DNA from: an uncultured bacterium
Lineage (GTDB): Bacteria; Bacteroidota; Bacteroidia; NS11-12g; UBA9320
NCBI GenBank assembly: GCA_963991985.1
Contig: CAXDRX010000001.1
Span: forward strand, 3,341 to 67,340
Reading direction: 5' to 3'
Length of the DNA stretch: 64,000 nucleotides
Of this stretch, positions 59,519 to 64,000 are shown piece by piece. Within the stretch, counting starts at the first letter, position 1, and every line of letters starts with the position of its first letter. A program made the translations under genes and the position numbers. Below the pieces are notes generated by a model. It ran no database searches. It saw only the letters and a list, made by a program, of their open reading frames with translations, and was not told the DNA's origin.

Positions 59519-60064
59519 GTGAAAGAGACAAAAAAAAGAATTATCAATGTTGTTTTAACTATTGTCGTTTTCGTAATGTCTTACTTGGTTTACAATACCA
59601 TTGCAAAACCCATTGCTCACCAAAAAGAAATTAACATAAGGGAAAAAGCAATCATTGCTCGTTTGGAAAAAGCCAGAGAAGCCCAACTTGCTTTTAAAGA
59701 GATCACCGGAGGCAAATTTGCCAACTCATGGGATACTTTAATTTATGTAATGAAAAATGGGGAAATCAATGTCGAAGTACAGTTTGGAGATGCAGACGAC
59801 AGTACCACAGTCTTCAGGAAAGAAATCGTCAAAAAACCGATATATGATGAACTTTTTGCCAATTACCCTCTAGACTCAATTTTATTGGTGCCTTACACAA
59901 ACGACACCTTTGAAATTGCAACAGGAGAAGTAGAAAAAAATGGTGTTTTGCTGCCAACCTTTCAAATTTCAGATCCGGCCCCATTCAATGAAAGACGGAT
60001 TGAGAACAATAATCCACTCCGTGTAGGCAACTTATTCGAAGCGGATTACAATGGAAATTGGTGA
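59519..60064 (+). CDS. Conserved Bacteroidota single-TM protein
   Basis: Basic N-terminus, one TM helix, helical REAQLAFK segment, LRVG....GNW C-terminus. Confidence 0.7.
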   Translation: MKETKKRIINVVLTIVVFVMSYLVYNTIAKPIAHQKEINIREKAIIARLEKAREAQLAFKEITGGKFANSWDTLIYVMKNGEINVEVQFGDADDSTTVFRKEIVKKPIYDELFANYPLDSILLVPYTNDTFEIATGEVEKNGVLLPTFQISDPAPFNERRIENNNPLRVGNLFEADYNGNW

Positions 60065-60102
60065 TGCTTTAAAATTCTTGAAACAAATGTTTCCTAAAAC
60101 AA

Positions 60103-60843
60103 ATGATTCTATTCTTCGAAATAGCGAATAACTTTTTATCCGTTGCGGTAAAAGATAAAAAAGATAGAATCTTGTTTCTCAACTTTTTGGATGATGTAAC
60201 AGATAAAAAGGTGGATGAGTTTTTGGATAATATCCCAAAGTTTAAATTCAATGAAGTTCTTCTCATCCAATCCCAAGTAAATTTCAGTCTTTGTCCAATG
60301 GGAGCTGATAAAAAAGCATTTCAGGATTACTACCAATTAAAATATACATTGGGTGAAAATCAAAAACTAAAAACCATCGACAACCAAAAATTTGGCATCA
60401 AAATCATTTTTGCAAAAGAAGAATGGCTTGAAAAGAAAATAACAGGAAAATATGGTCGATGTGATTTTGTTTTTGATTTAAATTTTTACTTGAACCAATT
60501 GAGCACCAGAAATTTATGGCAAATCATACTTTCCAAAAGTGAAATTTTATTGCTTGGAACACAGAACAAAAAATTGCTGTTGGCCAACAGATTTTCAATC
60601 AAACAAATAGACGAGTGCATCTATTTTTTAATGTCGTCTATACAACAAAAAGAAGTGGACCAGGCAACCTGTAAAGTTGAAATTCTTGGATCATCTGATG
60701 CTGGGGAAATCCTAAAAGCGCAACTTGAACCTTATTTCCAAAAAGTTGAAATAATCAACAGGACCTTAGATTTTAAACAGTACAAAGCTACGGAAGGGGA
60801 CAAGAGTTTTGTCAATCAGAATTTTATTCTACAAAACATATAA
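60103..60843 (+). CDS. DUF3822-family protein
   Basis: FSLCP, LLLANRF...ECIYFLM; located directly before rsmD as is usual in Bacteroidota. Start codon uncertain. Confidence 0.6.
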   Translation: MILFFEIANNFLSVAVKDKKDRILFLNFLDDVTDKKVDEFLDNIPKFKFNEVLLIQSQVNFSLCPMGADKKAFQDYYQLKYTLGENQKLKTIDNQKFGIKIIFAKEEWLEKKITGKYGRCDFVFDLNFYLNQLSTRNLWQIILSKSEILLLGTQNKKLLLANRFSIKQIDECIYFLMSSIQQKEVDQATCKVEILGSSDAGEILKAQLEPYFQKVEIINRTLDFKQYKATEGDKSFVNQNFILQNI

Positions 60844-60844
60844 A

Positions 60845-61372
60845 ATGCGTATCGTAGGTGGGAAATGGGCCCGTAAGCATATTTTTTTGCCTAAAGCACT
60901 TCCTGTTCGGCCTACTATGGATATGGCAAGAGAATCGCTATTCAATATTTTGAACCACAGATTTTCGATTGCCAACAAAGACATTCTAGATTTATTTTCT
61001 GGATCGGGAATCGTAAGTCTCGAATTTGCCTCTCACAATGCAAAAACCATAGATATGGTAGAAAACAATTTCCGGGTAATTCAACATTTAAATAAATTGG
61101 CTGATCATTTTGATTTTCAACATAAAATAATTCAAAAAGACGTATTCCAATTTCTAAAAAACACTTCAAAGAAATATGACATTGTTTTTGCAGACCCACC
61201 CTACAACCACACACGAATTCGGGAATTACCAGATTTGATTTTTAAAAATCAAATTCTATCAAAAAGTGGCATCTTGATTTTAGAACATCCCCAAAGTATT
61301 GAGATAGAACATACCTACAAAGTTGATACGCGAAAATTTGGACAATCTATGTTTTCTTTTTTTCAAGCATAA
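60845..61372 (+). CDS. rsmD: 16S rRNA (guanine966-N2)-methyltransferase
   Basis: MRIVGG, RPTMDMARESLFNIL, LDLFSGSG, FADPPY, ILEH. Confidence 0.92.
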   Translation: MRIVGGKWARKHIFLPKALPVRPTMDMARESLFNILNHRFSIANKDILDLFSGSGIVSLEFASHNAKTIDMVENNFRVIQHLNKLADHFDFQHKIIQKDVFQFLKNTSKKYDIVFADPPYNHTRIRELPDLIFKNQILSKSGILILEHPQSIEIEHTYKVDTRKFGQSMFSFFQA

Positions 61373-61388
61373 ATTCTTTATTTGAACC

Positions 61389-61847
61389 ATGAAGTCGGCC
61401 GTATTTCCTGGAACCTTTGATCCATTTACCAATGGTCATCTAGACATTGTTCATAAGGGACTTAAGCTTTTTGAACATATAATTATTGCGGTAGGAGAAA
61501 ATCCAAACAAGGAACAAATGTTTGCTCTAGAGCAAAGAACACGTTGGATACGAAATATTTTCCAATCGGAATCACGAGTAAGCGTTGCTGATTACAGAGG
61601 TTTGACGGTTCAATTTTGTAAACAAATAGGTGCGCAATTTATTTTGAGAGGTTTGCGTAGTTCAGATGATTTTAATTTTGAAAAACAAATAGCCCTTGTG
61701 AACGAAAAACTAGATTCCAAAGTCCAAAGTATTTTTGTAATGTCCGAAGAAAGTCATAGTCAAATTAGTTCGACTTTGGTACGAGAAATCATTCGGCACA
61801 AAGGAAATTACCATCAGTTCGTCCCTAAAGAAATCCGCTTCGAATAA
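61389..61847 (+). CDS. coaD: Pantetheine-phosphate adenylyltransferase
   Basis: FPGTFDPFTNGHLDI, RGLR..DF.FE, ISSTLVRE. Confidence 0.97.
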   Translation: MKSAVFPGTFDPFTNGHLDIVHKGLKLFEHIIIAVGENPNKEQMFALEQRTRWIRNIFQSESRVSVADYRGLTVQFCKQIGAQFILRGLRSSDDFNFEKQIALVNEKLDSKVQSIFVMSEESHSQISSTLVREIIRHKGNYHQFVPKEIRFE

Positions 61848-62436
61848 GCACATCTTGAATGGAAGAATATGTTCGTTTAGATTGCTCAAGAGCCTTTTTG
61901 GGGTCTTCAAAATAGACTTTAGTAATTCCTTCTTTCTCCTGAGGATGAAGATGGTTGGAATCGCTGCAGGACATTATAAACCATTGTGTTTTTTTTATTT
62001 GAATGTCTTGGTTTTTGTATTGAAAAAAGTGAAAGGAATCTTCTGTTTTGTTGATTATTTTTAAATTCCTTACACCCGTTTCTTCCTCCACTTCACGGAT
62101 CGCTGCGTTTTTTGCACTCTCTCCATGGTCTATTTTTCCTTTGGGTAAATCTAAAAATTCCCGTTTTTCAATAAAGAGAATTTCTCCTTTTTCGTTCAAA
62201 ACCAGTCCCCCCGCTGCTTCTACCAATTGGAAATTCCCAATAAAACTTTGGAAGTATTTTTCAAATTGATCCGATTGTATCAATATTTGGATTGGTTTTT
62301 TTTTATTTTTTAAAGCATCAACGATTGTAATGTAATTTTTTAAATCCTTTGGCGCCATTTTCAAGTCATAGTCCAATTCTGAACTCGGCTTTTTGCAAAA
62401 ATGGATACAACTATTTTCAAAATATATTTTGTTCAT
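61825..62436 (-). CDS. NUDIX hydrolase
   Basis: EAAGGLV and intact Nudix box LPKGKIDHGESAKNAAIREVEEETG. Confidence 0.92.
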   Translation of the reverse strand: MNKIYFENSCIHFCKKPSSELDYDLKMAPKDLKNYITIVDALKNKKKPIQILIQSDQFEKYFQSFIGNFQLVEAAGGLVLNEKGEILFIEKREFLDLPKGKIDHGESAKNAAIREVEEETGVRNLKIINKTEDSFHFFQYKNQDIQIKKTQWFIMSCSDSNHLHPQEKEGITKVYFEDPKKALEQSKRTYSSIQDVLIRSGFL

Positions 62437-62443
62437 TTGTGTT

Positions 62444-63064
62444 ATGTCTATGGTAGACCACTACGAAATCACGAAGATATTATTGGAGTGTGGAGCTATA
62501 AAATTAAATCTTGACAAAAAATTCGTTTGGGCTTCTGGGATTCATTCGCCTATATATTGCGACAATAGGGTAATTTTATCCTACCCTAAACAAAGAGATA
62601 CAATTGCATCTGCAGTTGCTCGAGAAATTCGTAGAAATTTTTCAAATGTAAATGCAATTGTCGGAGTTGCTACTGCTGGGATACCCGTTGGCGTTTTGGT
62701 TGCACAAAAATTAAATATTGCATACGCCTATTGCCGAACAGAACCCAAAAAACACGGTGCAAAAAAACAATTAGAAGGAACACTGAAAGAAAATAGCCAA
62801 CTTGTTGTCTTCGAAGATTTAATATCAACCGGAAAAAGCTCTTTAAAAGTTGTAGATTACTTAAAAAGTAATCATCATAATGTTTTAGGGGTTCAAGCAA
62901 TTTTTACCTACGGAACAAAAATGGCAACCAAAAATTTTAGAGAACACAACACAAAAATTGAAACATTAATCAATGCCAGACAACTTATTGAAGCAGCTTC
63001 CAACAATGGTTATATAAGTTCGGATGAAGCTAGAATGGTTTTTTCTTTCTTAAAGACTTTGTAA
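62444..63064 (+). CDS. pyrE: Orotate phosphoribosyltransferase
   Basis: WASGIHSPIYCDNR, GVATAGIP, KKHG, VVFEDLISTGKS. ATG 62444 preferred (62393 overlaps the divergent gene). Confidence 0.95.
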   Translation: MSMVDHYEITKILLECGAIKLNLDKKFVWASGIHSPIYCDNRVILSYPKQRDTIASAVAREIRRNFSNVNAIVGVATAGIPVGVLVAQKLNIAYAYCRTEPKKHGAKKQLEGTLKENSQLVVFEDLISTGKSSLKVVDYLKSNHHNVLGVQAIFTYGTKMATKNFREHNTKIETLINARQLIEAASNNGYISSDEARMVFSFLKTL

Positions 63065-63065
63065 T

Positions 63066-64000
63066 CTAATACCTATAATGCTCCGTCTTGTAGGGACCAT
63101 CAACCGATACCCCAATATATTGTGCTTGTTCCTCTGATAATTCTTCTAATTCAACGCCAATTTTTTTGAGATGTAGTCTAGCTACTTTTTCGTCAAGATG
63201 TTTGGGTAAAATGTACACATCGTTCTCATATTTTGATGACTTATTCCATAATTCCATTTGTGCCAATACTTGATTGGTAAATGAATTACTCATCACAAAA
63301 CTAGGGTGACCTGTTGCACATCCCAAATTGACTAGTCTTCCTTCAGCAAGAACTACAATTTCTTTTCCATTTATGTTGTACAAATCTACTTGCGGTTTGA
63401 TTTGAAACTTTGTTTCACCATAATTTTTGTTGAGCCAAGCCATGTCAATTTCATTATCAAAATGACCAATGTTACAAACTATTGTTTTGTCATTCATCAA
63501 TTCAAAATCTCCTTGCGTTATGATGTTTTTGTTTCCTGTAGCTGTGATTACTATTTGCGCCCGTGGAATTGCATTTTTCATTTTTTTCACTTCAAATCCG
63601 TCCATAGCCGCTTGTAAAGCGTTGATTGGATCGATCTCGGTAACAATTACCCTCGCTCCTGCTCCTCTTAGTGACATTGCCGTTCCTTTCCCCACATCTC
63701 CATACCCAGCAACCACAGCAACTTTCCCTGCAATCATTATATCTGTAGCTCTTCTAATTGCATCTACAGCACTTTCTCTGCAACCATACTTGTTATCAAA
63801 TTTGGATTTTGTAACCGAATCATTTACATTGATTGCAGGCATGGGTAAGGTCCCATTTTTTACTCTATCATACAACCTCAAAACTCCCGTTGTCGTCTCT
63901 TCGGAAATCCCTTTGATTTCTGACACTAATTCTGGTCTTTTGTCCAAAACATAATTGGTCAAATCTCCTCCATCGTCAAGAATCATATTGAGTGATTTAC
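63066..64000 (-). CDS. ahcY: Adenosylhomocysteinase (3' part; 5' end lies beyond the window)
   Basis: [57 protein letters not shown], KxxHYRY. Confidence 0.97.
   Translation of the reverse strand, partial: KSLNMILDDGGDLTNYVLDKRPELVSEIKGISEETTTGVLRLYDRVKNGTLPMPAINVNDSVTKSKFDNKYGCRESAVDAIRRATDIMIAGKVAVVAGYGDVGKGTAMSLRGAGARVIVTEIDPINALQAAMDGFEVKKMKNAIPRAQIVITATGNKNIITQGDFELMNDKTIVCNIGHFDNEIDMAWLNKNYGETKFQIKPQVDLYNINGKEIVVLAEGRLVNLGCATGHPSFVMSNSFTNQVLAQMELWNKSSKYENDVYILPKHLDEKVARLHLKKIGVELEELSEEQAQYIGVSVDGPYKTEHYRY

Noticed and set aside
63469-63954. 161-aa plus-strand ORF, and similar 60-150-aa ORFs such as 27525-27968 and 56269-56679
   Set aside because: Antisense or alternate-frame shadows of conserved genes, with no motifs or expression signals.
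1-64000. CRISPR arrays, tRNA/rRNA, riboswitches, IS or prophage genes, defence systems
   Set aside because: None seen: intergenic gaps are under ~160 bp, there are no spaced direct repeats or cloverleafs, and no transposase or integrase motifs. An Infernal/Rfam scan would be needed to exclude small RNAs formally.

Overview
Gene-dense, AT-rich 64 kb stretch of a Bacteroidota chromosome, probably a free-living aquatic lineage (SusC/SusD pair, four T9SS C-terminal-domain proteins, TAnnTTTG promoters, very short intergenic spaces). Housekeeping genes (rimM, rpsP, miaE, hmgA, pruA, murB, htpG, lysA, pckA, map, hutU, rsmD, coaD, pyrE, ahcY) surround two accessory blocks. (1) A beta-1,3-glucan/laminarin-type PUL (16.0-31.1 kb): susC-susD, a PKD lipoprotein, two GH16, GH3, a sodium:sugar symporter, an NrtR-family Nudix-wHTH regulator and a T9SS-secreted protein with a duplicated Trp-rich module. 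Three GT-N7-AC palindromes (TTATGGT-N7-ACCATAA type) sit just upstream of its three promoters. (2) A biotin operon bioF-bioD-bioA-[FabF-like ketosynthase]-bioB with no bioC/bioH/bioW/bioZ, which makes the embedded ketosynthase a candidate new pimelate-precursor enzyme. Nine genes have a TAnnTTTG-like box exactly 4 nt before the start codon, suggesting frequent leaderless transcripts. I saw no tRNA, rRNA, CRISPR array or mobile element. Family calls come from motif recognition by eye; no database search was run.
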